Of a stretch of 25,361 bases of DNA, positions 1 to 9,767 are shown piece after piece (the stretch's first letter is position 1; each line of letters opens with the position of its first letter). The stretch is taken from the NCBI GenBank assembly GCA_031366795.1, contig JANLOX010000025.1:1-25361 (forward strand). The letters are read 5' to 3'. A model generated the notes under the pieces. That model did not search any database, was not told the origin of the DNA, and saw nothing but the letters and a program-made list of their open reading frames with translations. Origin of the DNA: Candidatus Eiseniibacteriota bacterium. GTDB lineage: Bacteria > Eisenbacteria > RBG-16-71-46. The translations under genes and the position numbers were made by a program.

Positions 1-2
1 CG

Positions 3-422
3 TGCGGCGTGTACCTGAGCCTCGCGCGCGGCACGCGCACGCGCGCCTGCGTCGGCAGCCTCACGCCGCTCGGTGGCACCCTGCGCGCGACGTTGCGTGA
101 ACTCGCGCGACGCGTCATCAGCGATGACCCGCGTCACCCGCCGGTGCGTGGCGAAGAACTCGACTCGCTCGTGGTGCTCGTGTCGTTCGCGGGGCCGCCC
201 GAACCGATCGACGATCCGATGAGCATTGCGCCCGCCCGCGAGGGTCTGCTGGTCTCCACAACGCGCGGCAGCATCGCGTTCCTGCCGGGGGAGGCCCGCA
301 CGGTTGCGTGGGCGCTCGGCGAGGCGCGGCGTGCCGGCATCCTGCAGCGCATGAGTGATGCGAGCTTCCAACGATTTGATGTGGTGGTCCTACGGGACCG
401 CCCCGTGACCCTTTACCGATAG
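3..422 (+). CDS. AMMECR1-domain protein, divergent (5'-partial, runs off window start)
   Basis: Open frame from window edge: CGVYLSL..RTRACVGSLTP..DDPRHPPVRGEELDSL..PPEP..GLLV..AFLPGE. This follows the AMMECR1 pattern GVFVTL..LRGCIG..DPRF.P...EL..PPE..GL...LLP. TAG at 420-422. Confidence 0.8.
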   Translation, partial: CGVYLSLARGTRTRACVGSLTPLGGTLRATLRELARRVISDDPRHPPVRGEELDSLVVLVSFAGPPEPIDDPMSIAPAREGLLVSTTRGSIAFLPGEARTVAWALGEARRAGILQRMSDASFQRFDVVVLRDRPVTLYR

Positions 423-434
423 AGGAGTCTGCCG

Positions 435-3400
435 ATGCCTTGCCCGGGCAACTCGCCGCCGCGCCGGAAATTCCAGGTTGTTGTGGGACTCGTCCTGTTG
501 CTGGGAGCCGTGCTCGGCGCCTGCATCGCATGGGCAGGCGCCACAAGCCGCCTGACGGGGCGCGTCATCGACGCCGACACGCAGCGGCCCATCATCGACG
601 CCGACATCGAACTGTCGAACCAGTCCGGCGGCCAGGGCTACTTCCGCGCGCGCACCAACACGCATGGCGAATTCGTGCTCGAACGCGTGCCGCCCGACCG
701 CTACTACTCGCTTAACGTCGGCGCCAAGGGCTACGCCGATTGGGTATTGTCGAGCTGGCAGTTCCCTGGTGCTCAGCGGCTCGTCGACCTGGTGATCCCA
801 CTCGATCGCGCGGGCTCGATCGCGGTGAAGCTGTCGCGCAGCGAGGGCCATGCCGCGGTCGCCGGAGCGCGGGTCGCGGTGACGGCGGAACGCAACGCCA
901 ATTGGTGGGAAGGCTACCGGCCACCGCCTGAACCGGTGTACACCGATGCCTTGGGGCGGGTGCGTTTCGACGGGCTCACCGCGGGCAACTACACGGTCAC
1001 ATCCGAAGTAGCAGGGCTGCGTCCCGCGGAAGCTCGGCGCGTCACGGTGCGCCGCGGCGAAACGACCGCGCTGCCCCTGGTGATGACGCGACCAGCGACC
1101 CTGTCCGGCGCCGTGAAGCTCGCCGATGGCACGCCGGTCTCGGGTGTTCCGGTCATCGCGCGAGGCGCGGGGGAAGCGGTCGGCACCACGGATGCGGAGG
1201 GCAACTTCTCGATCGACGATCTTGGGCCCGGGCGTTATCGCCTCGATGTCTCGAGCGACGGCTTCCAGCCGTTCGTCTCCAAGGAGGGCGTGCTGCTCGC
1301 CGAGGGCGTATCGCGCGAGGGCATTGCGATCTCGCTGACCCCTAAGCCCGCGGAGTTCGCTTTCGTCATTGAGCGCGAAGCGTTCCTGCCGGAGGCCTCC
1401 GTGCACGTCGGGCTGCGCTCGTTCCGCATCGACGATCTAGACGTGTCGGTCTATCGCGTCCCCGAGTCGCTGCTGCTCGATCCGTCGCAGGACTTCCGCC
1501 GTTTCGTCGCCGCTTCGGACACCAGCGGGCTCGTGCGCGTCGATGGTTGGCGGCACGTCATGGGGGCAGGGCCCGAGTGGACCTGGCGCGAAGGCGAACT
1601 GGTGATCCCTCAACTGCTGCCGCCGGGCGCCTACGTGCTGCGCGGATCGAGTGGAACGCTCACCAAGTCGCTGGCGTTCTTCGTCACCGATCTCGGTCTG
1701 CTGGTGAAGCGCTCGAGCTCGCGGATCCTGGTGTCCACCGCATCGCTGCGCAGCGGACGCGCGGTCGAGGCGGCGCGCGTGTTCACGGTGCCTACGTCGT
1801 CCCCCGAGGCCGCCGACGCCGAGCCGTGGTCGGCGCAGCTCGCGGGCCGCAAAGGCGTTCCCCCGGTGCTCACCGATGTCACGGGTCTCGTGACGATCCC
1901 GACGCCCGGCGGCATTCCCGCGACGCTGCCGGGCGTCACGGGAATTGCGCCGCGCCTGCGCATCATCGTCATCAGCGAGGACCACGGCATCGCGGTATCG
2001 GATGCGCCGTTGGTGCCGGCGTCGGAACGCAGCGGCGACAAGTTGTTCCTGTATACCGACCGTCCCATCTACCGCCCGGGACACACCGTGCATTGGAAGG
2101 CGTTCGCGCGCCGCTCGACAGGTGAGGCTTACGCGATACCGGAGGCGACGCACGTCGCGCTGTCGTTGAGCGGGCCCGACGGCGCCAGCCTCGACGTGGC
2201 GAGCGCGCCATTGTCGTCGCATGGCTCCGCCGACGGGTCGATCGAGCTGCCGCAGGAATTGCCGCTGGGCGATTGGACGCTGAGTGCTTCCGCAGGGAAC
2301 TCCGCGGCGAACGCGACCGTGGCGATCCAGCAGTACCGCAAGCCGGAGTTCAGTATCGAGGTGACGCCAGACCGCGCGGTGTACGTCAACGGTGATGAGG
2401 TACGCTTTCGCATCGCCGCCAGCTACTTCTTCGGCGCGCCGGTGTTCGGCGCCAAGGTGCGTTACAACCTGTTCGAGACGCGCCTCGGCGGCTCCTGGGG
2501 GGCAGGCGAGTTCGAGCACGACGAGGGCGGCGGCTACGGCCGCGTGCTGAAGAGCGGCGAGACGCGCACCGACCTTGATGGCCGCGCCGACGTGGCGCTG
2601 ACGCCCGATCGCGTCTCCTACGACCGCCGGCTGACGCTCGAGATCGAAGTCATCGATGCCGCAAACCGCGCGGTGAGCGGCCGCGGTACCACGATCGTTG
2701 GGCGCGGGTTGTTCGCGCTGGGCCTCCAGCCCAAGAGTTGGGTGGTGCGCGCGGGCGATGCGGTGCCGCTGCAGGTCTCGACGCTCGATCACACCGGCAA
2801 GCCGGTCTCGGCTGCCGTCACGGTCACGCTCAACCAGGATGCCTGGAACCCGCTCACGCGCCGCTACACGCGATCGGTGCGGCCGCTCGCCACCACCACG
2901 GTCATGACGCGTGCAGATGGCAAGGCGGAGTTATCGCTGACCCCGAGCCCCGCGCGCGCGGGCCAGATCCAGGTCAGCGCCGTCGCCGTGGATGCCAAGG
3001 GCAACCGCGTCACCGCCCAGGCCAACGTGTGGTCGTGGGACTCGAACGTCTCCGAGTACGCCTACCGCTACCCTGCCCTCGAGGTGCTCGCGGACCGCGA
3101 GCGCTATGCGCCCGGCGACACGGCGCGCATCGTCGTCAACACCGAGGTACGCAACGCCCAGGTGCTCGCGACACTCGAAGGCCGCGACATTTACGACACG
3201 CGTTCGCTGCTGCTGACCGGCGGCACCGGCGTGATCGCCTTCCCGCTCAAACGCGAGTACGCGCCCAATGCCTTCGTCACCATCAACGTGCGCAAGGGCC
3301 GCGAGGTCTACGCGCGCACGCTCGAAATCCCGATCACCGCCCAACGTCATGACTTGGCCATCACGCTCAAGCCGGATCATGTGCAATACGCCCCCGGTGA

Positions 3401-5765
3401 CACCGCACGCATCGGCGTCGAGACGCGCGACGGCGCGGGCCATCCGGTGGCGGCCGAAGTGTCGGTCGGCGTGGTGGACGAGGCGATCTACTCGCTGCGA
3501 TCCGATGCCACGCCCGATCCGCACGATGTGTTCTATGGCCGCCGCCCCAACTGGGTGTCGACGACAATCGCCTTCCCCAGTTTGCTGCTGGGCGGCGCCG
3601 ACAAGGGCGGGCGCGACGAACCGCGCCGCAACTTCCGTGATGTCGCGTTGTGGGCGCCAACGGTCACCACCGATGCCTCCGGGGTCGGTAGCATCGCGTT
3701 GCGCTACCCCGACAACCTGACCAGGTGGCGCATCACCAGCCGCGGGCTCACCGACCAGACGCTGGTGGGACGCGCGGTATCGAAGACGCTCGTCACCAAG
3801 GACATCGTGGCGCGCCTGGCCGGCCCGCGCTTTCTCGTGGCCGGTGATGAAACTGGGCTCGTGTCGCTGGTGAACAATCGCTCCAACCTTGCTATAGCCG
3901 ACGGGCAGTTGTCGTTCGAAGCGAAGGGCGCATCGTTGATCGGCCCCGCCAGCGCGGCCTTCACCGTGCCGGCATTGGGCGAGTCGCGCGCCGAGTGGCG
4001 CGTGAAGGCGGCCGATGATGCCGCGGGCACTGACGCCGTGTTCACCTTCGGCGCGCGCACCAGGACGGACCAGGACGCGCTCGAAGTACGCGTGCCGCTG
4101 CATCCGCGCGCCGTGACATTGCGTCCCGCGGGCGGTGGCGTGCTCGACGGCGCCAGCCGCGGCTACACCGTTGGCCTGCCGCAGAACTTGATTCGCTCAG
4201 GCAGTGCTATGGATATCGAGGTCGCCATCGCGCCGTTCGGCATGGCGCTGGCCGGCTCGGAGCAATTGTTCGCTTATCCCTATCGCTGCACTGAACAGAC
4301 CTCGAACACCATTCTCGCGGCGACCGCAATCCTTGGCGCGCTCAAGTCCACGACTACGCGTCCCACCGGATGGGCAGATCCCGCCGCGCGGCTGAAGCCG
4401 TACCTGAGCCATCTCGCCGCGCAGACGGTCAGCTCAGGCGGTTGGGGTTGGTGGCATGACAGCGATTTCGATCCCTACCTCACCGCACTCGCGCTCGATG
4501 CGTTGGCGCGCGCGGAGCGGCTCGACCTGTCTCCTGCGGAGGCGCGCCAGGCCCTGGGCGCGAACGCCCCGCAGGCTGCGCGCGCGATCGGCCAAGTGCG
4601 CAGCCTCGATGGCGAGGCTTACCTGCTCGCGCACCTGAGCTCGCTGCCGGGCCTTGAGGCGGTCAATCAATCCGCACCTTCGCTCAAGGCGCAACTCAAC
4701 GAGTTGGGCGATGCGCTCCACGCTTCGCGCAACGATCTCGGTAACGCAGGGCTGGCGCTGGCCGCGCGCGGGCTGCAAGCGATGGGCCGCGCCGATCAGG
4801 CGAAGGAACTCGTGGTGCTGCTGCTGAGCCGCGCCATTAGGGACGTCAATGGGCTGCATTGGACGACGGCGTTGTCACGCGACAGCGAATGGTTCGGCGA
4901 GGACGTCGATGCGACGGGCGCCGCCCTCTCGGCGTTGGCGCACGTGGCACCGCAGGACATGCGTGCCAACGAGATCGTGCGCTGGCTCGCCTCGCGGCGC
5001 AACGGGCCGGGCTGGTCCTCCACACGCCTGACGGCGCCGGTGGTCGAAGGGCTCGCCGACTTCGCGGCGCTCAAGCCCGTCGTGGTCCCCCCGGGCCAGC
5101 GGCTGGGTGTCGAGTGGAACGGCGCGAACGTGCTGCAGAAGGCGCTCGATGCGAGCGATGCCTTCTCTGCCACGCCCATGCGCGTTCACATCGACGGCGT
5201 GAAGCTCAAGGCCGGCGACAACCGCCTCACGTTGTCGCGCACGGGTGCGGGCGTCACCGGCGCCTACATGTCGTGGCAGGCGCGCGCGTTGGTGCCGAGC
5301 CCGGGACCCCCGATCGCCAAGGACGCGCCGCTCAAGGTCACGCGCGAATACCTGCGCGCCGAGCGCACGGCGGACCGCCGCGGCCGCCCGCGCTATATCG
5401 CGACACCCATCGAGGCGGGCGCCGCCCTGCGCGTGGGCGAGCAGGTCATGGTGCGGCTCACGCTCAGCGCAACGCGTGACATCGAGCACGTACTGGTCGA
5501 GGACCCGCGCGTTGCCGGCTTCGAGATCGACGCGTTGCTGCCGGATGGCACCGATTGGCCCTACCAGACAGGCGCGGAAGAGCGTGACGATCGTGCCGCG
5601 TTCTTCCTCGAGCACCTCGACACCGGCGAGACAGTGATCGAATACCTCGTGCGGCCGGAACTCGCGGGCACCTTCACGGCGCTGCCCACCGAAGCGGTGG
5701 GCATGTATGCGCCCGAACTGCTGACACGCGGCGGCGAGGCGAAGGTGATCGTCAACGCGAAGTAG
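435..5765 (+). CDS. Bacterial alpha-2-macroglobulin family protein with three N-terminal carboxypeptidase-regulatory-like repeats
   Basis: 1776 aa. RBS AGGAG 7 nt before ATG and an N-terminal hydrophobic signal. MG2 motif LYTDRPIYRPG, YRKPEF, DRERYAPGD, VGVVDEAIYSL, RRNFRDVALWAP, PDNLTRWRI. Thioester motif YPYRCTEQ (CTEQ at 4287-4298). C-terminal EERDDR..FF..EYLVRP..G.F.ALP....MYAPE. Confidence 0.95.
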   Translation: MPCPGNSPPRRKFQVVVGLVLLLGAVLGACIAWAGATSRLTGRVIDADTQRPIIDADIELSNQSGGQGYFRARTNTHGEFVLERVPPDRYYSLNVGAKGYADWVLSSWQFPGAQRLVDLVIPLDRAGSIAVKLSRSEGHAAVAGARVAVTAERNANWWEGYRPPPEPVYTDALGRVRFDGLTAGNYTVTSEVAGLRPAEARRVTVRRGETTALPLVMTRPATLSGAVKLADGTPVSGVPVIARGAGEAVGTTDAEGNFSIDDLGPGRYRLDVSSDGFQPFVSKEGVLLAEGVSREGIAISLTPKPAEFAFVIEREAFLPEASVHVGLRSFRIDDLDVSVYRVPESLLLDPSQDFRRFVAASDTSGLVRVDGWRHVMGAGPEWTWREGELVIPQLLPPGAYVLRGSSGTLTKSLAFFVTDLGLLVKRSSSRILVSTASLRSGRAVEAARVFTVPTSSPEAADAEPWSAQLAGRKGVPPVLTDVTGLVTIPTPGGIPATLPGVTGIAPRLRIIVISEDHGIAVSDAPLVPASERSGDKLFLYTDRPIYRPGHTVHWKAFARRSTGEAYAIPEATHVALSLSGPDGASLDVASAPLSSHGSADGSIELPQELPLGDWTLSASAGNSAANATVAIQQYRKPEFSIEVTPDRAVYVNGDEVRFRIAASYFFGAPVFGAKVRYNLFETRLGGSWGAGEFEHDEGGGYGRVLKSGETRTDLDGRADVALTPDRVSYDRRLTLEIEVIDAANRAVSGRGTTIVGRGLFALGLQPKSWVVRAGDAVPLQVSTLDHTGKPVSAAVTVTLNQDAWNPLTRRYTRSVRPLATTTVMTRADGKAELSLTPSPARAGQIQVSAVAVDAKGNRVTAQANVWSWDSNVSEYAYRYPALEVLADRERYAPGDTARIVVNTEVRNAQVLATLEGRDIYDTRSLLLTGGTGVIAFPLKREYAPNAFVTINVRKGREVYARTLEIPITAQRHDLAITLKPDHVQYAPGDTARIGVETRDGAGHPVAAEVSVGVVDEAIYSLRSDATPDPHDVFYGRRPNWVSTTIAFPSLLLGGADKGGRDEPRRNFRDVALWAPTVTTDASGVGSIALRYPDNLTRWRITSRGLTDQTLVGRAVSKTLVTKDIVARLAGPRFLVAGDETGLVSLVNNRSNLAIADGQLSFEAKGASLIGPASAAFTVPALGESRAEWRVKAADDAAGTDAVFTFGARTRTDQDALEVRVPLHPRAVTLRPAGGGVLDGASRGYTVGLPQNLIRSGSAMDIEVAIAPFGMALAGSEQLFAYPYRCTEQTSNTILAATAILGALKSTTTRPTGWADPAARLKPYLSHLAAQTVSSGGWGWWHDSDFDPYLTALALDALARAERLDLSPAEARQALGANAPQAARAIGQVRSLDGEAYLLAHLSSLPGLEAVNQSAPSLKAQLNELGDALHASRNDLGNAGLALAARGLQAMGRADQAKELVVLLLSRAIRDVNGLHWTTALSRDSEWFGEDVDATGAALSALAHVAPQDMRANEIVRWLASRRNGPGWSSTRLTAPVVEGLADFAALKPVVVPPGQRLGVEWNGANVLQKALDASDAFSATPMRVHIDGVKLKAGDNRLTLSRTGAGVTGAYMSWQARALVPSPGPPIAKDAPLKVTREYLRAERTADRRGRPRYIATPIEAGAALRVGEQVMVRLTLSATRDIEHVLVEDPRVAGFEIDALLPDGTDWPYQTGAEERDDRAAFFLEHLDTGETVIEYLVRPELAGTFTALPTEAVGMYAPELLTRGGEAKVIVNAK

Positions 5766-5810
5766 TCGCGCGCGGCGGCACGGCACACGATCGCAGGCGG
5801 TGCGACAGCA

Positions 5811-7604
5811 TCAGCCCGCGATCGTGTGCCCCACGTACAGCGCTTCGATCACGCTCGCGTGCTGTTCGGCCACGGCGCGGCGCTTCACCTTGAGCGTCGC
5901 GGTGAGCATGCCGTTCTCCTGTGTCAGCTCGTGGTCGAGCACGGCGAAGCGCTTGATCGTCTCGAACGGCGCGAGTGTGCCGTTGATCTCGGCGATGCCG
6001 GCCTCGAACAGCGCCCTCACCTGCGGCAGCGCCACGAGTTGCGCGCGCGTCGTCCATTGCCAACCGCGCGCGGTGGCCGCGGCTTCGAGCCGCGCGAAAT
6101 CCGGCGCGATCAGGCACACGACGTAAGGCCGCTTGTCGCCGAGCAGAACGGGCTCGCTCACCCAGGCGTTCTGCTTGAGCCGCACCTCGATGGGTTGAGG
6201 GGCTACCTTCTTGCCGCCGGCGAGCACCAGCAGGTCCTTGAGCCGGTCGGTGATGAACAGGCGGCCGGTTTCGTCGATGCGGCCGACGTCGCCCGTGTGG
6301 AACCAGCCGTCGCGCATCACCTCGCGCGTGGTGTCATCGTGATGGTAGTACCCGCGCATCACGTGGGGCCCGCGCGTCAGGATCTCGCCCAGCTCCCCGA
6401 TCATCACCTCGACGCCGGGAACAGGCTTGCCCACCGAACCCGGACGCTCCTCGCCCGGGGTGTTGAGACAGATCACCGGCGAGGTCTCAGTGAGCCCGTA
6501 GCCCTCGATCACGGGAATCCCGAGCGAGAAGAAAAACTCCATTGTTTCGGAGGCCAGTGCTGCGCCCCCGGACACGCATAGCCGCAGGTTGCCGCCCATG
6601 CGCTCACGCACCTTGCCCAGCACGAGACGGTCGGCGAGCCACAGTGCGAGCCCGCCCACGCGTTCGCCGCGGAAGTGCGCCTGCGCGCGGCGCGCGCCCT
6701 GCGCGAGCCCCCACCGGAACAGCCGCCGCGCGAGCGGCGACAGCCTCGCGCCATTCTCCAGCACGCGGGCGTGCACCTTCTCGTAGAAGCGCGGCACGCC
6801 ATTGATGATGGTGGGCTTCACCTCCGTCACATCCACGGCGACCGTCTCAAGGCTGCGCGCGTAGGCGATGGTGGCACCCGCGCGCAGCATGGCGTAAAGG
6901 CCGCCCATGCGCTCGAAGATATGGCACAGCGGCAGGAACGACAGTGCTACGTCGCTGGGACCCAAGCCGACGATCTGGAGACAGGCATCGACATTCGACA
7001 GGATATTCGCGTGCGTGAGCATGACGCCCTTGGGATCACCCGTGGTTCCCGAAGTGTAGATGATCGTCGCGAGGTCGCCACCGCTGACCTGGGCGGCGTG
7101 CGCGCGGAACTGAAAGGGGTCACGCTGGCGCGACTCGCGGCCGGTGGCGATGAGCGTGGCGAGCGTTTGTTCACGCGGCGCCGCCACGGCAGCATCGTCG
7201 ATGACGATGACGTGCTCGATCGCAGGCAGGGAGGCCAGCAGCTCGCGCAGCTTCGTGAGCTGCGCCGCCGTCGACACCACGATCACGCGCGCGCCGGAAT
7301 CGTCGAGGAGCATGCGCGTCTGGGGCGCGGTCAGCGTCGGGTAGATCGGCACGAGCACCGCCCCCAGGCCCAACGTGGCGAGGTCGACGATGGGCCATTC
7401 GTAGCGGCTCTCGGACACCAGCGCCAAGCGATCGCCATGCCCCAGCCCCAAGCCGGCGAGCCCAAGCCCAACGGACTCAACGTCCGCCAGAGCGTGGGAT
7501 CCGGTGACGGATTCCCAGCGATCACCATTGCGGCGCACGAACAGGGGACTGTCTTCCCGCCGCGCTGCCGCCTCGAAGAACACCCCGATCAACGTGCCTT
7601 TCAT
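5811..7604 (-). CDS. Long-chain fatty acid--CoA ligase (AMP-dependent synthetase)
   Basis: IIYTSGTTGDPKGVMLTH, LSFLPLCHIFER, EGYGLTETSP, GWFHTGDVG, ITDRLKDL, LTATLKVKR. ATG at 7604 preferred; alternative TTG at 7616. Confidence 0.93.
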   Translation of the reverse strand: MKGTLIGVFFEAAARREDSPLFVRRNGDRWESVTGSHALADVESVGLGLAGLGLGHGDRLALVSESRYEWPIVDLATLGLGAVLVPIYPTLTAPQTRMLLDDSGARVIVVSTAAQLTKLRELLASLPAIEHVIVIDDAAVAAPREQTLATLIATGRESRQRDPFQFRAHAAQVSGGDLATIIYTSGTTGDPKGVMLTHANILSNVDACLQIVGLGPSDVALSFLPLCHIFERMGGLYAMLRAGATIAYARSLETVAVDVTEVKPTIINGVPRFYEKVHARVLENGARLSPLARRLFRWGLAQGARRAQAHFRGERVGGLALWLADRLVLGKVRERMGGNLRLCVSGGAALASETMEFFFSLGIPVIEGYGLTETSPVICLNTPGEERPGSVGKPVPGVEVMIGELGEILTRGPHVMRGYYHHDDTTREVMRDGWFHTGDVGRIDETGRLFITDRLKDLLVLAGGKKVAPQPIEVRLKQNAWVSEPVLLGDKRPYVVCLIAPDFARLEAAATARGWQWTTRAQLVALPQVRALFEAGIAEINGTLAPFETIKRFAVLDHELTQENGMLTATLKVKRRAVAEQHASVIEALYVGHTIAG

Positions 7605-7631
7605 TCCGCCCCCCAAACGGGATTCATCGGC

Positions 7632-9767
7632 TCAGAAACCCGGTTTCTTGAACAACGAATCGGCGAGCGGCGGATCCAGCTTCAAACTATTGAGCATCGA
7701 TTGCAGGTAGGGCCTGCCCTCGATCAGCACGTCGCGCTGGTGCGGGTAGCGCAGCGGGCCGACCGGCTTCCAATCGGAAAACACATCCGTGAGCTGCGTA
7801 TCACCGCGCGGGCCGGGGCCGGTGTACTCGACACGGGCGAGCGTTCCATCGGGCGCGAAGTACAGCGTGATCGGCGTGCCGGCGCGCGTCTTCGCATGGC
7901 CCACGCGATACACCACCCCGTCGAGCGTATGCGGCTCGTCGGCGGCGCGCACGGTCACTTCGTCGGGCTGGCCGAATAAATGGAACAGCGAGCGCTGCCA
8001 CTCCGCCTCGATGTCGCGCGCGATCCCCTGGTCCTCATGCACTTGCTTGCCGAATGAACCCCAGGCGACGCTGCCGTCGAAGCCGATCTTCGAATCGCCG
8101 AACGCCAGGTGCTGTACCGACAGCAATCGATTCGGGAATTGCCATGACAGTTCGGTCAGCATCTTGATGTTCTGCCCTTCCATCGTGACCACGTCCTGCG
8201 ACTCGACGTGGATCGAGCGGACGGCCTGCCATGCCGCGCGTCCACCGCTGAGCTGGGCAGCGCGCGCCAGCCACGCCTTGCCGCGCTCGAGCTGTTCGGG
8301 CGTCGCCTGCCCCTCGGGCTGCTTCACGGGCAGCGACGGAATCGATATGTCGACGCGCTCGACGCGCTGCCCCATCGTGGCCAGCGGCTTGTCGAACTCC
8401 GATTCCTTGCCGACGATCACGGTCACGAGTTGGTCCGGGTGAATCTTGCGGCGCGCCGCCTCACTCACCGCGGCACTGGTGACGGCTTGAACGCCCCGTT
8501 GGTAGCGCTGCAGGAAGTCCTGCGGGTAGCCGATCAGTTCGTAGTAGGCGGCGCGGAACAGGATGTCGGCCGGGTCCTCGAAGCGGAACACGAATGCATT
8601 CTCGACCGTGTTGCGCGCGAGGCGAATCTCTTCATCGGTGAAGGGCTCGTTCACGGAGCGCCGCACTTCGTCGCGCAGCAGACCCAGCGCCGTCATCGTC
8701 GACTCGCTCTGGGTGAGCGAGTACGCGAGGAACAGCCCGGGCTTCAGGTAGTCCTCGCCCGTGGTGGCACCCGTCGCGTACGCGAGCCCGCGCTCGGTGC
8801 GGATCTTGTTCGTCAGGCGTGACTGAAATCCTCCACCGAGTGCCGTCTCGTACACATCCATCGCGGGATAGTCCGGATCATCGGCGCGGAAGCCCACGTG
8901 CGCGACGATGATGCCGCTCTGCGTCACGTCGTCCTTGGGCGCAAACACCAGGCGCGACTCGGCGCTGGCGGGCACCGGCGGCAAAGGGGGTGCTGGAGTG
9001 CCCGAACCCTTCCAGTCGCCGAGCTGTTGGTCGAGCAGCTTGAGCATCGCTTGCGAATTGAAGTCGCCGAACACCGCGACGACCATGTGTGAAGGATCGA
9101 ACGCCTTCCGGTGCAGCTCGATGCAATCACCACGCTTGACGTTCTCGAGCGTCGCGTATTCGGGATAGCGCGACCAGATGCCCTGCTTGCCGTAGACCGC
9201 GGTGCGCATGACACGGCTCAGCACATCGAACAGCTCGTCGTTGCGTTCCGAAATCGCGCGGCGGATGCCCACCTTGGCCAGCTCGATCTTGCTGTCGGGG
9301 AACGACGGCTGGCGCATGACATCGCACCACAGCCCCACGACTTCGCTGGCGTTGTCCGACAACGTCTGGAACCCGGCGTTGGCAATGGAGCCGCCATCGA
9401 GCCCGGACGAAATCGAAGCGCCGATGGCGCCGAGGCGGTCGTCGAGTGCGTCTCCCGGGTGCCGCACCGTGCCACCACTGCGCATCACTTCGCCCGTGAC
9501 CGAGCCCAAGCCGACCTTGTCGTTCGGGATCCACACCGGCGTGTAGCGCGTGTAGGCAACGCCACGCACCTTGGGCAGCGTGTGGTCCTCGAGCAGGTAC
9601 ACGATGATGCCGTTGCGCAGGACCTTGCGCGCCGGCGTGATGTTCTGGATCGGGCGCAACGGTGGCGTGACGAGCTTGGAAGGGTCCCAGTCCGTGGCGC
9701 CGGCCGCGCCCGACAACATCACCGCGGCCAGCGCACACGCGGCAATCCGCACCCATACGCCGCGCAT
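7632..9767 (-). CDS. M16 peptidase non-catalytic subunit with C-terminal LolA-like/lipoprotein-sorting-type domain, exported
   Basis: Signal peptide (..LSGAAGA-TDW). LRNGIIVYLLEDHTLP, LGGGFQSRL..IRTERGLAY (R/Y pair), no HXXEH. Extra ~220-aa beta-rich C-terminal domain ending LADSLFKKP. GGAGG RBS; ATG overlaps the upstream TGA (TGATG). Confidence 0.88.
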   Translation of the reverse strand: MRGVWVRIAACALAAVMLSGAAGATDWDPSKLVTPPLRPIQNITPARKVLRNGIIVYLLEDHTLPKVRGVAYTRYTPVWIPNDKVGLGSVTGEVMRSGGTVRHPGDALDDRLGAIGASISSGLDGGSIANAGFQTLSDNASEVVGLWCDVMRQPSFPDSKIELAKVGIRRAISERNDELFDVLSRVMRTAVYGKQGIWSRYPEYATLENVKRGDCIELHRKAFDPSHMVVAVFGDFNSQAMLKLLDQQLGDWKGSGTPAPPLPPVPASAESRLVFAPKDDVTQSGIIVAHVGFRADDPDYPAMDVYETALGGGFQSRLTNKIRTERGLAYATGATTGEDYLKPGLFLAYSLTQSESTMTALGLLRDEVRRSVNEPFTDEEIRLARNTVENAFVFRFEDPADILFRAAYYELIGYPQDFLQRYQRGVQAVTSAAVSEAARRKIHPDQLVTVIVGKESEFDKPLATMGQRVERVDISIPSLPVKQPEGQATPEQLERGKAWLARAAQLSGGRAAWQAVRSIHVESQDVVTMEGQNIKMLTELSWQFPNRLLSVQHLAFGDSKIGFDGSVAWGSFGKQVHEDQGIARDIEAEWQRSLFHLFGQPDEVTVRAADEPHTLDGVVYRVGHAKTRAGTPITLYFAPDGTLARVEYTGPGPRGDTQLTDVFSDWKPVGPLRYPHQRDVLIEGRPYLQSMLNSLKLDPPLADSLFKKPGF

